The notes under the pieces were generated by a model. That model was not told the DNA's origin. It ran no database searches and saw nothing but the letters and a program-made list of their open reading frames with translations. The position numbers and the translations under genes are program-made. A stretch of 64,000 bases of DNA from Schmidtea polychroa (Eukaryota). The stretch covers positions 68,758,001 to 68,822,000 of the forward strand of contig CM097885.1 of NCBI GenBank assembly GCA_044892525.1, written 5' to 3'. Positions 47,122-61,486 of the stretch are shown here, in pieces (positions within the stretch are counted from its first letter, which is position 1; each line of letters opens with the position of its first letter).

Positions 47122-48429
47122 TGTTGGGGTAGAACTGAATTCTAGACCCACAACTTGGAATTGTGATGGAATGTGGTGGCACACAACATGCATACTCAGT
47201 ATTAAGTGTAATTAAATCAAAACATACAAAAACATCAAATAAACAATAATAATAAAGAAAACAACACATAAAACTTAAAACACCCAAATAATAATAAATT
47301 AAAACACAGCAAGAAGAAATGTACGAAAACTTACTTAAATATAAAACAAGAAAAAACAAACTTGAATCAAGGCGATTAATAAAAAGTAAAATGAAACTTC
47401 TATAAAAGAAAATTATATCCAAATTTCGACTAAAAACCCAGGACAATCCATAAAAATGAAGAAATCCATCATGGCCGTCGACCGATCCAATAAAAGTTAA
47501 AAAAAATAAATATTTTATCGAAAATCTAAAATTTTAGAAAAATTTACAAAAGTAATTTTTAAAATAAGATCTAGATTGTTCTAGAAATTCCTCAATCCAT
47601 CATGGAGGCAAATTTAAAAAATAATCGAAAAATAAAATTTTGAAAACAAAAATTACTACGAAAAAATCGCCATCAAAATTAATACAAATTAAAAATTGAA
47701 TGTTTTAGAATTAAAATAATTCGAGTTTGTTTTACTGCATCAATGCACACACACATACTTGCACGCCAAAATAAGGTATATATGCCGCCACATTTCAGTC
47801 GCATGAAACTCTTTTTTGCCAAAAATTGTTTTTTTAAATTTGATCAAACCGAATCTTCAGTTTAACACTAAGGCCTATTGATTATTTTTTTTATGTTACT
47901 GTTAATAAATTACAATTTATGATGTTCAGGGCCTTTATAAATTTTTTTTGTTTTGTTTTCTGCAAGAGTGACTAGGATCTTTGTGTACATTTCATACTCG
48001 GGACCCGAGCCAGCCTTGCATCTCATTATTTTCAACAGAATCGATGCAGGGTCCACAACCGTCTTCTCTGACCTAACATGCAAATAAAATGAAATTCTTT
48101 TAACCAGGGGACGCCACAAACTACATAGTTCGCTCCATAGAGTTGTGTGGTAATCTCCTCAATGGTGGCTGGCACAGTAATTGTGACTATGGGGCTAGCA
48201 AATTATCATAAGTAATAGCTTCGACATTACAACACTTTTTATTGTAATGTCGACCAGTAGATAACAATCGGGCTTACCGTACTGAGCTCAGTGTAGTCGG
48301 GAAAGTAGGCAAATTTTAATTAATTCGACCTTTTGCTAAACTATAAGCCTAACTTGACATTTAAAGTATCTGAATTACATAACACTAGGAGCTTAAATCG
48401 GGAAATATCACCTGACTCAAATTATCACA
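47122..48429 (+). repeat. 5' fragment of an LTR-A-like giant LTR
   Basis: TGTTGGGGTAGAACTGAATTCTAGACCC and downstream blocks collinear with 14650-15924. Confidence 0.75.
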
Positions 48430-49891
48430 TTACAATTTTAAAAAAATGTATTCAATTAATTTCTAATAAATAGCAAGTATTCATCGTCTGTCCCTTCCCC
48501 AACGGTAAACCTCGTATCCAGCCATCCACATCACCTCAATCCCCAAAGCCCTGCGAACCACAACGCTCAGTCACACAGCAGTCAGAATCGCTAAATATAT
48601 TCCTATATTGATTTATTTTATTACCAATAGCATTGCCCAGTATAATAATTAGAAATAGCCACTTGCAATGTTAAACTGAAAAGACTTAAAAAATGAAATT
48701 ATTTAATTTATTCTAAACAAGTCAATAATTAACTTTTTATTTACACACTTTAAAATTGGTTTCAAAATTTAATTATAAATTCTATTTTAAAACATAATTT
48801 AGAATAAGAAAACAAAATTCCTTAAGCCGGCATTTTTAATTTCATCGGGCATAGGATTGGTTGCTGCTGTTGTTGCTGTATTTTTATTTATATTTATAAT
48901 AAATTCATTATTATTGGTAACAGGGTGTCCTTGGTGGTAAGAAGATGGCCACTGCCAGTGGATTTGCTGCTTATAATTTGTCAACAGCAGTTTTTAATAA
49001 TTATCCTTTATCGTGTGAAAATCTTTGGATTAACGATGCAAAATCAATTCAAAAATATTTAGATAACGTAATGAAACCTATTTGTTTTTTTTCAAGTCAG
49101 TTATTTTTAAACTTTTTCGATAAGTTCTCGTTGAACTTTCATGATCAATCTCGTTCAACTCCATCTTCATTTTAAAATCTTTATTTTTTCTCATAATTGG
49201 CGTCTAAACCTCCTGTGTCCGGGTATGTAGCTAGGGGTGGAGCATAAGAGGTGTTGCCCCCCCCCCCCATATAAATTATAGATTATCAAATATAAATTAG
49301 GGATGAAATAATCTAATAAAACCTTTATTTTGGTTTTCTAATGAGAATTGTATGAGAATAAAAAAACAATGTATTTTTTAGTTAAATCTTTTTTAAATCC
49401 GAGACAGTACAACTATGCTCGCGCTACCTATTCCCGTAGTTTATCGGTCTTTTCGGCACAACAAAGTACATAGATGAGTGCCGGTTACATGTATCGTTGA
49501 GCTCGGCTACGCGCGCAAACCATCCCCGTTTCTCCGTATTTGACTAATTTATTTGTGTTAGAAATACAATGGAAGAAAAAACGGTTAAACGGATTTTATA
49601 TTCATCAAGACATTAAAGTGTTAACGACGGCGTGGATCACCGGTGGGACGTATTTGATTGTGTTATTAAACGTAATATTAGAAAATTTAACATATTCATC
49701 AAAAACATTTATTTTTAATTACAATTATGATTAATAACGCATTATAAACATAACTTTTGTTAAATAACATAAATTGCGCCACCAGATGATGCGCTGCATG
49801 AAAATCGGCGCTGGCGTGAATGTATTAAAATAAGTCCGGACGAAATTCTGTCTGAATTATTGAAGGGACAAAGATAAATTAATATTATATT

Positions 49892-50966
49892 AGTAGGTAG
49901 TTATGTGCACTCTAGATCCAGATACCCCCCTATTTTTTTTAAAAATTTTTTTAAAAGACCCCCACCACATAATTTTCTTTTAATTTTTAAAATATCCCCC
50001 CTACTTTTTTTTTTAAATTTAAATTTTTGTTTTAATTATCGATTACGTAATAATTTCATTTTTTGTTTTAATCATTGATTACGAATTTTTTTTGTTTTAA
50101 TTATTGATTACGTAATATTTTAATTTGTTTTAATCGTCGATTATGTAACAATTCCTAAATTTTTAAAACGTTGATTACGTCATTGATTTTAATTTTTTAT
50201 GTCATTATACTTGAAATTTAATTTTCTGTTAAATGAGACTATGATGTAATCAAAATTCTGAAATTTCATTTTTAGTACACCATTTTTAAATTTACACATC
50301 TTTTTAAACAAATTGAGATATGTTCACTCAAACAATATATAGATAGAATTTTAATCTCTATAAAATGACATCATTATTTACTGCAAATTCATAATCATAA
50401 CACCTTAAACAATGTATTTTTCAGCCAACTTTTACATACACACATATTTTCATCTTTTAAAAAAAAAATACAAATTATTCATCTATACTTAACTCATAGT
50501 AAATAATTATATTAAAAGACATATTAAAAGATGTATTAAAAACTAAACATTTATTAAAATCCTAGAGAAATTCGATCACTATCTAATTTCCAAATCGGTG
50601 ATATGACATCTTTCTCATCTATTTTATATCCCTGTATTGACATATTTACAAACCAGCTTTCCCCATCTTTATATTCAATTTTATATAACAAAGACATATT
50701 GCATACAAAGACACACATGACTCATCATACTTTTTAAATATATTACGTTGCGGTATTTTAAAATTTAAATTTATTTTAAAAACTTGTTTTGACGGTTAAG
50801 TTGACAAAATAAAATTATTGCACATACTTTGTATTATCATATATAGTCTATCAGACAAGATATTCTGTTCCCCTAAGGGTAATGGTCACAAAGGTACTGC
50901 TAAAACTTTAACATATTATTACACACAATGTATAAAAAATCTTATTAGTGTCCACACATGCAACAA

Positions 50967-51032
<66 letters not shown>

Positions 51033-51576
51033 TTCAAAGTATTATAATTATATATAGTCCGAGTCTATCCGACAAGATATTCTGTCCCCCTATGGGTAAT
51101 GGTCACAAAAGTAAAGGTCACAAAGGTAAAGGTCACAAATGTACTGTTAAAAATATTCAAGACAGAACTTTAACAAAGAAATTCTAAATATTATACTTTA
51201 AATATACACTAAAATTTATTAACACATTGGGTAATGGTCGCAAAGGTAAAGGTAACTAATGTACTGCTCGCAAAGGTACTACTCACATTCAACGTGTCGT
51301 AAATTATTTTCAAATACAATTTCAAAGTATTATTATTATTTATTATTAAAATTAAAATTATTATTAAATTCTGACCAACTTAAATCAATGAAGGGGTAGG
51401 ACAAAAATATATTACGTTGCGGTATTTTAAAATTTAAATATATTTTAAAAAACTTATTTTGACACTAAAGTTTACTTATTTAACAAAGACATAATTATTG
51501 CACATGCTTTGCATAAATATTATTATTATTTTTTGAATTTTCAATATTTTCTTTCAAAGTATTAACACGCGCGGGA

Positions 51577-51621
<45 letters not shown>

Positions 51622-52177
51622 GTATTTCCCCTATAATAAGACCTACCTAGAAAATAAGACCTAGCATGAATTATTCGCCCACAAAAAATATAAGACCTAC
51701 CTTGAAAGATCTGTTTACTTATTTACATAACGAAAAAAATAGTAATTTTAATTCAAATTAGCCATAAATATATGCTTTAAACTTTACGTTGAATGTGAGT
51801 AGTACCTTTGCGAGCAGTACATTAGTAACCTTTACCTTTGCGACCATTACCCAATGTGTTAATAAATTTTAGTGTATATTTAAAGTATAATATTTAGAAT
51901 TTCTTTGTTAAAGTTCTGTCTTGAATATTTTTAACAGTACCTTTGCGACCTTTGTGACCTTTACCTTTGTAACCATTACCCAATGTGTTAATAAATTTGA
52001 GTGTATATTTAAAGTATAATATTTAGAATTTCTTTGTTAAAGTTTTGTCTTGAATATTTTTAGCAGTACATTTGTGACCTTTACCTTTGTGACCTTTACT
52101 TTTGTGACCATTACCCATAGGGGGACAGAATATCTTGTCGGATAGACTCGGACTATATATAATTATAATACTTTGAA

Positions 52178-52246
<69 letters not shown>

Positions 52247-53255
52247 TTGTTGCATGTGTGGACACTAATAAGATTTTTTATACATTGTGTGTAATAATAT
52301 GTTAAAGTTTTAGCAGTACCTTTGTGACCATTACCCTTAGGGGAACAGAATATCTTGTCTGATAGACTATATATGATAATACAAAGTATGTGCAATAATT
52401 TTATTTTGTCAACTTAACCGTCAAAACAAGTTTTTAAAATAAATTTAAATTTTAAAATACCGCAACGTAATATATTTAAAAAGTATGATGAGTCATGTGT
52501 GTCTTTGATATGCAATATGTCTTTGTTATATAAAATTGAATATAAAGATGGGGAAAGCTGGTTTGTAAATATGTCAATACAGGGATATAGAATAGATGAG
52601 AAAGATGTCATATCACCGATTTGGAAATTAGATAGTGATCGAATTTCTCTAGGATTTTAATAAATGTTTAGTTTTTAATACATCTTTTAATATGTCTTTT
52701 AATATAATTATTTACTATGAGTTAAGTATAGATGAATAATTTGTATTTTTTTTTTAAAAGTTGAAAATATGTGTGTATGTAAAAGTTGGCTGAAAAATAC
52801 ATTGTTTAAGGTGTTATGATTATGAATTTGCAGTAAATAATGATGTCATTTTATAGAGATTAAAATTCTATCTATATATTGTTTGAGTGAACATATCTCA
52901 ATTTGTTTAAAAAGATGTGTAAATTTAAAAATGGTGTACTAAAAATGAAATTTCAGAATTTTGATTACATCATAGTCTCATTTAACAGAAAATTAAATTT
53001 CAAGTATAATGACATAAAAAATTCTTATAAAAAATTAAAATCAATGACGTAATCAACGTTTTAAAAATTTAGGAATTGTTACATAATCGACGATTAAAAC
53101 AAATGAAATTATTACGTAATCGATAATTAAAACAAAAATTTTAAAAAAAAAGTAGGGGGGGATATTTTAAAAATTAAAAAAAAATTATGGGGGGAGCTCT
53201 TTTAAAAAAAACAGGGGGGGGGTATCTGGATCTAGAGTGCACATAACTACCTACT
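49892..53255. mobile_element. Non-autonomous palindromic mini-Polinton (3364 bp)
   Basis: Termini AGTAGGTAG...CTACCTACT; perfect 6-bp TSD TATATT (49886-49891, 53256-53261); TIRs ~49892-51296 and ~51786-53255; no genes. Confidence 0.92.
51619..51710 (+). repeat. pogo/Tc2-like MITE end in the mini-Polinton spacer
   Basis: TACCGTATTTCCCC...ATAAGACCT repeats. Confidence 0.45.
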
Positions 53256-56179
53256 TATATTGTAATATATTCTATGTAATATACATTGTTAATAATTAAT
53301 TATACATTTGTTAGATAAGTATTTTTTTCTATTTTTCTGTGTCAACTTTTTACACTGTTCGATGAATAGCAATAATCAATAATTTTGCCACTCTCCCTTA
53401 AGCTGAAATCTTGGCTATGTCATTTATATGTTTTATTTTAGTTAAATTTTCGGTTCTTTTGAGTTATAAAGAAGATAAATATATTTTCAGTCGGAATTTT
53501 ACGAAGCATTTATCCATGGACACAAAAAATTATCGTTTATAATAAAAAGAATTTCCCTATAATCACATCTGTTTTTGGTCTGCTTGGAGTTGAGATTTCA
53601 TTTTTTTTCTTTGTGGTTAGAAATCAAAAACTAATTTTCGGATTTGCCTTTACAATTATTAATTTTATTAATAAGTTTATTTTGAAAAATAAGGTAAGTC
53701 AAAAAGAAAATCGGAACTATAGCAGGATGTTAATGAAGGACTTTGCTTTTTGGTAAAAAAAGATTTTAGAATAAGTTTCTGTAAGCTGTTTTTAAATCCG
53801 TCTTATAACATTAAGCGTTTTGTTTAATCAATGGATTATATTAATTTATGTACTTTTTCCCTATGTTCTTATTAATTACAGGTTTTTATTTTAATGTGTT
53901 CATTGAGTTTATTCATTAAGTTTTATTATGACAAAAATATTTTATTGTAAAACGCCAAACAGTCTCGATGAAAAATATTTGATATTGAAGATTTACGAAT
54001 TTGTGATTTTGAGTGAGCTGAAATAATGAACTTCAGGCAGATATGAATAAAGCAATCAGTGTTGTAAGGAGGGTTCTGATTTTATTAGCAGTAAAGTTAT
54101 TTATGGAAATGAAGATATATTAAAGGCTTGTAGCTTTGCATTTTAGTGTTGTGTTTGTTTCACTGAGGTTTATTTAGAAAGTATTTTGCATTATTACATT
54201 TTACGGATAAATATTCTAGTGAAAGCATATTTTGATGTTTCCATATTTCTTCTATTTATATTGAATAATAACAATTTCTTGTTGCTTGTGTTCTTCTTCC
54301 AGTTTTTTGCATATCCTTTTTGTACATAGCGATATTACCTTACTGCATCAAAAACGGATGTCAATTCTTTTTTTAATTTCAATAAATTTGAACAAAATTA
54401 TAATTAATAATAGACATTAGTGAAAACCTTATATAATAACGTTTCGAACCATTTCTGGTTGTTCTGGTGTAGTCACAATTGTAGAAATTATGTAGTAGAA
54501 ATTATGTGTTTTTTCTCAGTCTTCCGTATTCTCGTCTCGTCTTTCAATTAGTCTTAGATTTAATTTTTTCTCCTTTTAAATATCTTCATTAATATTACTA
54601 CTGATAATGGAAATTATATTTTGTTAGTTGAAAAATGAGTTCATTGGAAAATATTTGAAATTTAAAGAAAGAGTTCACGATGATTTTGACAATGAAGTTC
54701 TACAAACTACAAATGAAATACAGTAAATAATTATTTTTATAAATCTCGATTTAATTTCTTCTAGGAATAAATTGAATGATTTGAAAGAAAAAATAGTAAA
54801 ATTCGAAACTCAATAATTTAATAAGAGGTTTTGAATGGATTTATTAATTTTGGAAATTGTTTTTTGACTTTTTTATTTTGAGTAACATTTTTGTTGTTTT
54901 CGTAACATAATTCCCTATTGCCAATGTCACAACCTAAGAGAGGATCTCTGTGATAAATATCCTTTAATTGCAATCACTAAGCTTTGATAATCTCTTTTGT
55001 AGTTAAAATCGTAAATTGTTTAAATATATAAACCTTTTCTTACCAATTATAGGGTGGCTCGACTTTGGATGTGAACATTTAATTTCTAGCACTGAACAAG
55101 CTGTTTAGATTTTGTTGTAAATTGAGCCGTTTTTAAATAGGGTATGAAATTTAGTTGAATAAATATAAATTATAAAGTAAATTCATTGAATATTTTACAA
55201 AAAATACAAATTTATTGTTATTTTAGATTTATAAATTATTACTATTTGATTTGTCAATCTCACGCACAAGCCGGTTGTAATATTTGCTAAAAGTTTGTTC
55301 GCAGATATCCGTTGAACCTAGGGACTTGCACATTTTAGTGTATTATTCAATAATGACGAACAAGGCGTTTAATCGCAACAATGATAAAAATTTAATAAAT
55401 CTCCCTTATTAATTTCGTTTCTCATTTCCATATTATTTTGGAGATCAATAATTTCAAGTTGGACTGCTTCAGGTGCATTTTCAGGTAGAATGGCAAACGG
55501 GCAAAAGTTTTGTTTTTTAAATTTGAATGTTGAGTTTTTTATTGGCGTCCCTCATGCTATAATCTCTTTCCCGTTTCCAATTTCTCATGTTATCATGATA
55601 ATGGTTTCCCAAAATTCACTTTGTTTACTTTTCTTTTTGTTTACTTAACTCGAGTTTCCCTTAATTAATTAATTAACGATTTTCGTTTTCTTGTATTTCG
55701 ACCTTTTTTGAACATTCTGATGAATCTGTTCTCAGCATGGTCTTTCCCATTATCTCATCTGCATCTTACCTGTTTTTCAAATTTTAATTCGATAATTTGT
55801 TGATGTCCTGATTTTTAATTTTCCAATATTCCATCTTTAATCATTTTTAATTCAACAACTTTAACATGAAAATCGAGTATTAAAAGTCGACTTTTAATCA
55901 TCCATTTTTTCAATGTACAATGGCTTTAAATCTGAAGAAAGCTTTTCAGAAATTTCTTTGTAATTAGGAAAGTGAATGTAATTCCTTGATTTTAATTGAG
56001 CTTGAATAAACCTGATTTTCATTGAAATGACAAAATAAGGATATGTAGTTCAGTTAACATTTGATTTTTTTCCTATAGTCGAGTAATTAACATGTTTAGA
56101 TGAGTAGTTATGTCTGTCAAAAAACTAAGTCGAATAACCAATCAGAATCTTATTTCGGGAATCTGTTTATATTTTTCAA

Positions 56180-56880
56180 TCATTAATATTTCGATTTCAT
56201 CAATTAAATTTAGAAACCTTTCCAGTGTGTGCCCACGACTAAACCACTTCACTTCCATGTAAAAGATTAATTAGATATTTTGAAGGTTTTTAAATTATAT
56301 TTGGTTACGCCCAGTGGTGAGCTGTGAAAAAAACAACAAAGGGTTCGCAAAAAAATTTAGGTGTTTTTCGTCCAGAAAAAAAATGGCTTTTTTCCGAAAA
56401 GGCTTTTTTAGTAAAATATAAAAGGGTCCAGAAAATTTTTTGTTCATATACAAATGCGGTTAAATTGTTTTAAAAATGTTTACTAGCAAAACAATAGAAA
56501 TTTTAATTTGAAGTGAAGCTCAAAATCACAGTTGAAAGAACAATAAGGGGCTCGCAAAATCTTTAAAAAGTTAACAATGGGCTTTGCCGAGCTCCCGCGG
56601 GACATGCATATCTCACCACTGGTTACGCCCCCGAGATATTATAAAATTAATAGTAGAATCGACAATTTGCATGACATACTCAAATCCTAAGTTCACAGGG
56701 CACGAACTCTCATGGTGAATTATGAATTGGAATTGAACCAGTTCATTGGCTTGTCTTCCAAAATATTGTTTTGGTAATTTCACTAATCCTGAATGAATTC
56801 TCATCATAGAAGGAGCTCCGTCTGTCGCAATGCCTGACAATTTTGTTAAATCCAAGTTCATTTTTGTGCAAATAAGGAAG
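56180..56880 (-). pseudogene. SPIN/GTF2IRD2-type hAT transposase fragment
   Basis: IATDGAPSM...IIHHES...VMQIVDSTINFIISRG, then after the MITE MEVKWFSRGHTLERFL. Confidence 0.8.
56312..56621. mobile_element. hAT MITE (310 bp)
   Basis: TIR CAGTGGTGAG/CTCACCACTG; perfect 8-bp TSD GTTACGCC. Confidence 0.92.
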
Positions 56881-57177
56881 ACATTCCAATTAATTCCAAT
56901 TAAAGTCCTCTGCTAGTCTTCGCAAAAATATTAACTGTTAATAATAAACGCTTAATTATCTAAAAATATATTTAAATACAAATGGATTGCCTAAATCTGG
57001 TATCATTAAAACAACCGATTTATATGGCGAATTAATTAATTTAATAATAATGATAATTATGAGTGCCAGCATCATACTTATTATACTTTTACTATATAAT
57101 AGTATTTGATACTTATAATACATATATATATATATATATATATATTTTTTATGTATAAATTAATTATTTAAATATCC

Positions 57178-57315
57178 CTAACATCTTCCCTGTTTAAAAG
57201 GTTTTAGCCATTCAACGTTGCGCATTATAATTTTTCCATTTCTGTCTCGTAATTGATAACTATTTGTATGGATCTTTCTAACTACGACAAATCGGTCTTC
57301 TTTTTTCCTCAAATC
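57178..57315 (-). pseudogene. Gypsy integrase C-terminus, polypurine tract and 3' LTR start (TG at 57183)
   Basis: FVVVRKIHTNSYQLRDRNGKIIMRNVEWLKPFK, then AAACAGGGAAGA|TGTTAG; cut by insertion of LTR B. Confidence 0.6.
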
Positions 57316-60270
57316 TGTTGGGCCAAGCTTTGAGAGTGTTGAAAATCAAGTCAAAGACGAAAAAAGAGACCACGCGAAGGAATAGAATAAATAAAAATAA
57401 AGTTTACAGGGAACTACAGAGAAAAATAGGAAGAAATAAATCAAATAACAATAAAAAGATAGGAATAAGTAATAAAAACAATAAAACTTTTAAGATGGAA
57501 AATAGGACAAAAGGAAATTACCCAATAAAGCGTAACAATGAAAGGAAAATAAAATAGCAAAATTTAAGAAAAATAAACGAGAAATTAAAGAAATAAAATA
57601 GAAATAAAACCATTCTCAAATAAATGCATAGACTAATTAAAACAAAGATTATATTACAATAAAATAGCAATAAATCCGCGGGAAAAATAGGAGAAAAATA
57701 ATAAAAAATAGGAAAATGAATAAAATAATAATAAAAAATAGGTAAGGTCGTTAAAATCTAGTATATTACAATAAAAAAACATATAAATAATAATAAATAA
57801 CAACATTACAAACAAATCGTCTCCTGATTGGACGAAAAATACCATATAAGAAACGCAAAATAGTTGTAGAGTACCATTTAACCAAAAAACAGGTAAAATT
57901 TTGTATTTTGATACACGACCATTTAACCAAAAAACTCTACAGGATTTAGGAACCACTTCTTAACCAAACAGGACTAGTAGCAGCATAGCAAGCAACACTT
58001 ATACTGACAATTCGACTACAAAGATCTAACCAAGTCAAAGAAAATCATCGTTCAAATCTAATACTCGAAAGCTTGAATTTTCAACACTCTCGGAGAAACT
58101 TTTAGTAAGTTATGCTGAATTATTGAATGTTATTATGATATTATTATGTAAAGAACGATAAGGCAAAACATTTTATTTTAATAAAATTTGTATAAAAGCT
58201 GACTCTCTTTCTCTATGGTATTGACGACGATGTCGTCTGGGGATCGGATGTGATGTGGCGAACTTGGACGTATGGCGAAGAAGATGTATGAGAACGAATG
58301 CCAGGATATGAGAGACTTGAATGGAGTGGTTACATGAAATGAAGTGTTATATGAATCGAACACCTGAGGTGAAATGGCATCATCATGAGGCATCATATCC
58401 GAAACTCAGACGGGTGGTCGCCAGGTAAATAGTTTTTTATTTAACCAGTATGTTTTCAGTCGAGTAGATTTATTTATTGAATTATTTCATTGTTCTGCGA
58501 TAATTGTTATGATATAATTGATGGAGATTGATGGAAGAGATAGATTCGTCCTTCCTGGCGGTCTAAGAGCGGTGGCAGAAATGTATGCCCTTCTTGGGTG
58601 GGTCATGAGGGGTAAGGACATCTAGCGAGAGGCGAAAATGTGTTGCGAAAAATCATTTCACCGATTGAGATCCGTTACTCTTGCCGTCGGAAATTATTTT
58701 TCCTTGACAATTGGTAGTCATAAAGCTTAATGCCAAGGATGAATTCGCAGAGAACTCTAGGAGAAATTTCAACTTGAAAATCGTCTACACTAGATCCAAT
58801 GGCAAATATTTTGAGCTTCGATTTTGATGATAACTATTTCTTACGTTTTCGAACAGTCGTTGTTTAGATATTCTCTAATAGAGATCGTTATTCTTGCGAA
58901 AATTCCAACAAGGTTCGTATTAAATGTCATAACAATCGGAATTTTCCAGGATTTGTATCGCCAGGGCATTCGCAGTTAGATCCATCATCGATGCACTTTT
59001 AGGATGAATTGCCGTTCTCGATTTACCGTTATCAGCGATAAGCGTTTTCTTGACAGTAAAGTAAACATTTCGTGATGAATTATCAAAACACTTACCATAA
59101 GCCTAAAAGCAACGGTCGTCGGAAATATCGTGAAATCGTCGGTTAATCTCAGTCAGCTGAGAGTCATGCATAGTAAATAGCCGATAATATTTCGATAAGA
59201 GAGATTGAGCATTGGTTTCTGGTGGACGTCGTTGAACGAACGAATTGATAGTTGTTATCCTGAATCAACATATTAGAAGGGAATCGGATTGTCGAATTAA
59301 GCTCACCTGTTAAACTCATGATTAACCCACTTACCCGTCGTGATAAATTTCCTTCCCCGGTTTTCGTCTAATATTGCTGATTATCAGGAGAAACCTGCAG
59401 AGATCCCAAATGGTATGAATTGAGAAATACCCAAACACTACGTCATATGTATCGATCGTCATGCACAACATTACACACATACCTCATCTGGTTGAACACA
59501 GTGCATACGATGACATCACAATCACATAATAACATGAATTTTCTCTGAAATAGCGAGACTGCATGTAGGAGTAAAGAATTAGATTCCATCAACTCAAAAT
59601 AATATAACTATGAATTTCCTCCAATAGTACAGACAGATAGTTGATCATGTAGCATATGTATCTTGACAAGCATAACGAGACTTAACAGCACACCTAGAAA
59701 ATAAGAGTAATACACAACTACACCCGAGTAGGTGTCACCGGGGTAGCATTTCCAGCGCAAAATTTAAAATAATCAAAATTATAATTTATAACTTGGTTTT
59801 AATAATATATTTAAATCGTCTTATAACTTTAATCGGGCCTAATACAGCACAGGTAGTCACAAGTGACATCGAATTATTCTTCCATAACACTACGCACGTA
59901 TAAATTTACAAAACATAGTGGCGAAATCCAAATTATTAAATAATAAGAAAGGAAATAAAGGGGATAGAACCGATAGAAATAAATGAATAAACGAGTATCG
60001 TATGGAATTTGTCAAATTCGGAAGCAAATCTAAAGGTTGAGTTTATATCGATTGAATTATTTTTCTTATATTCTTTTTCTTGAGTTGCAGGGATTGGGTG
60101 AATTAATTTGAATGTCTGCGGTTAAACGAATGTGAGTGTTGATAGATAGTACAGATTTTTGTATCATCGCTGAATCGGAGGATTGATCAGATTATAAAGC
60201 CTGCATCCAACCTTGTAAATGTCACATAATCGAATGTTTCGAATAAAAATAAAAACTGTTCCATCTTTAG

Positions 60271-60998
60271 ATGTCTACACCGACCAACACCAACAAGGAG
60301 CTTCGCCCGTGTTTCTCTTGTGCAGACAAGAACGCGGATATTGCACAACTTCACCTATACATCGGGGCTCTCAAAAAACGTATAGATCTGTACGAAGGAA
60401 CGTGGTTCTCCACGCCACAGATGAAAGAAGAGCGGAGTAAAATTCTGAGATTGGAGCACTGTCGAGACAGTCTTCTGGAGGAGAGCCGCTGTCAGAGGCT
60501 AACAATAAAAGCTCAATCCGAAGCTCTCCACAAAGTTTATACGGAGGCAGAACTGGTAAAACGAGTGCGTGAATACCCAATTAAGGATGGAGCAAATGTA
60601 TTCCATACCCACCACCAGTCCTCAGAATCTTCCACATCCGGTTGCCATGGGCATGGCCCACATCTGCCACCTATTCCAGCCCCAGTGCTATCGGGTTATC
60701 AACCGATGGCAGGGGCTCTTCTGATCCTATCCTGGCCCCAGTTCTCGTAGCAACCGTCGTAACATCTTCAGTAGAAAACAACCCGCCGCCTTGGAAACGG
60801 AAGCGACCGACTAGATCGGAAAAGAATCAAAAGCGTAAACGCTATGGCCGCACTCGAAGAGTCATTATCGGTGGCACGGTCGACAATTAAAGAAATATCT
60901 TCTACGCACTCAATCCCGACGAAGGAAGTTTTCGAATAGTTCCGGCCGAAGGAATCAAGTACATTTCGGATCGTCGGCTACCGGTCGACATCGATTAA
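60271..60998 (+). CDS. LTR-encoded accessory protein (coiled coil, ExTWF motif, basic tail), frameshifted or degenerate at the 3' end
   Basis: ATG directly after acceptor CTTTAG; YEGTWFSTPQMKEE aligns with LTR A ORF; alternative frame 60642-60890 carries KRKRPTRSEKNQKRKRYGRTRR. Confidence 0.65.
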
Positions 60999-61324
60999 AT
61001 GATCGCCGAAGGGGAAGGCTTCGTTTAAATCATTTTACAATCGGTCTCGATTTTCTTTCCGAGTTGCCAATCGACATTATGAAAATCTGATAGTGCTGTA
61101 TATTTTAACTTATTTGAAATTGGTTGATAGACAAATTGTTGTGATTAAATTTTCTTTCTGTTTCAATATATTTTTTTTCTAAATTTTTCGTTGTGGTTAC
61201 TTTTCGATATGTATGATTACGTGGTCAGCGTGAATGAAAGGGTGATTTTGAAGGAATGTAATTAGATTAAAGGTCGTCCCCTTGGACCAGGGTCGAGTTA
61301 TGCGAGGTATGCGAGTAGATATGG

Positions 61325-61486
61325 GTAAGACCTTCTAAGGCACCGTGGAACCCGAACCGAGAGTGGGTTAACAGTAGTCCTAAGGTAGGAACTCACCTAT
61401 TAACCGACTCCAACCCGTGTGAGCAGTACCAACGTGTAACATCACCACGGGCTCACATGAGGGAGTATCAGTGAAATCATTAGGAG
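61325..61486 (+). ncRNA. Conserved structured RNA motif, copy B
   Basis: Same boxes as copies A and C; stems GAGTGGGTTAACAG/CTATTAACCGACTC, CGTGTGAGC/GCTCACATG, GTG/CAC and CTTCTAA/TTAGGAG. Confidence 0.7.

Noticed and set aside
53450-54400. Possible degenerate LINE reverse transcriptase on the minus strand
   Set aside because: No diagnostic motif could be read confidently.
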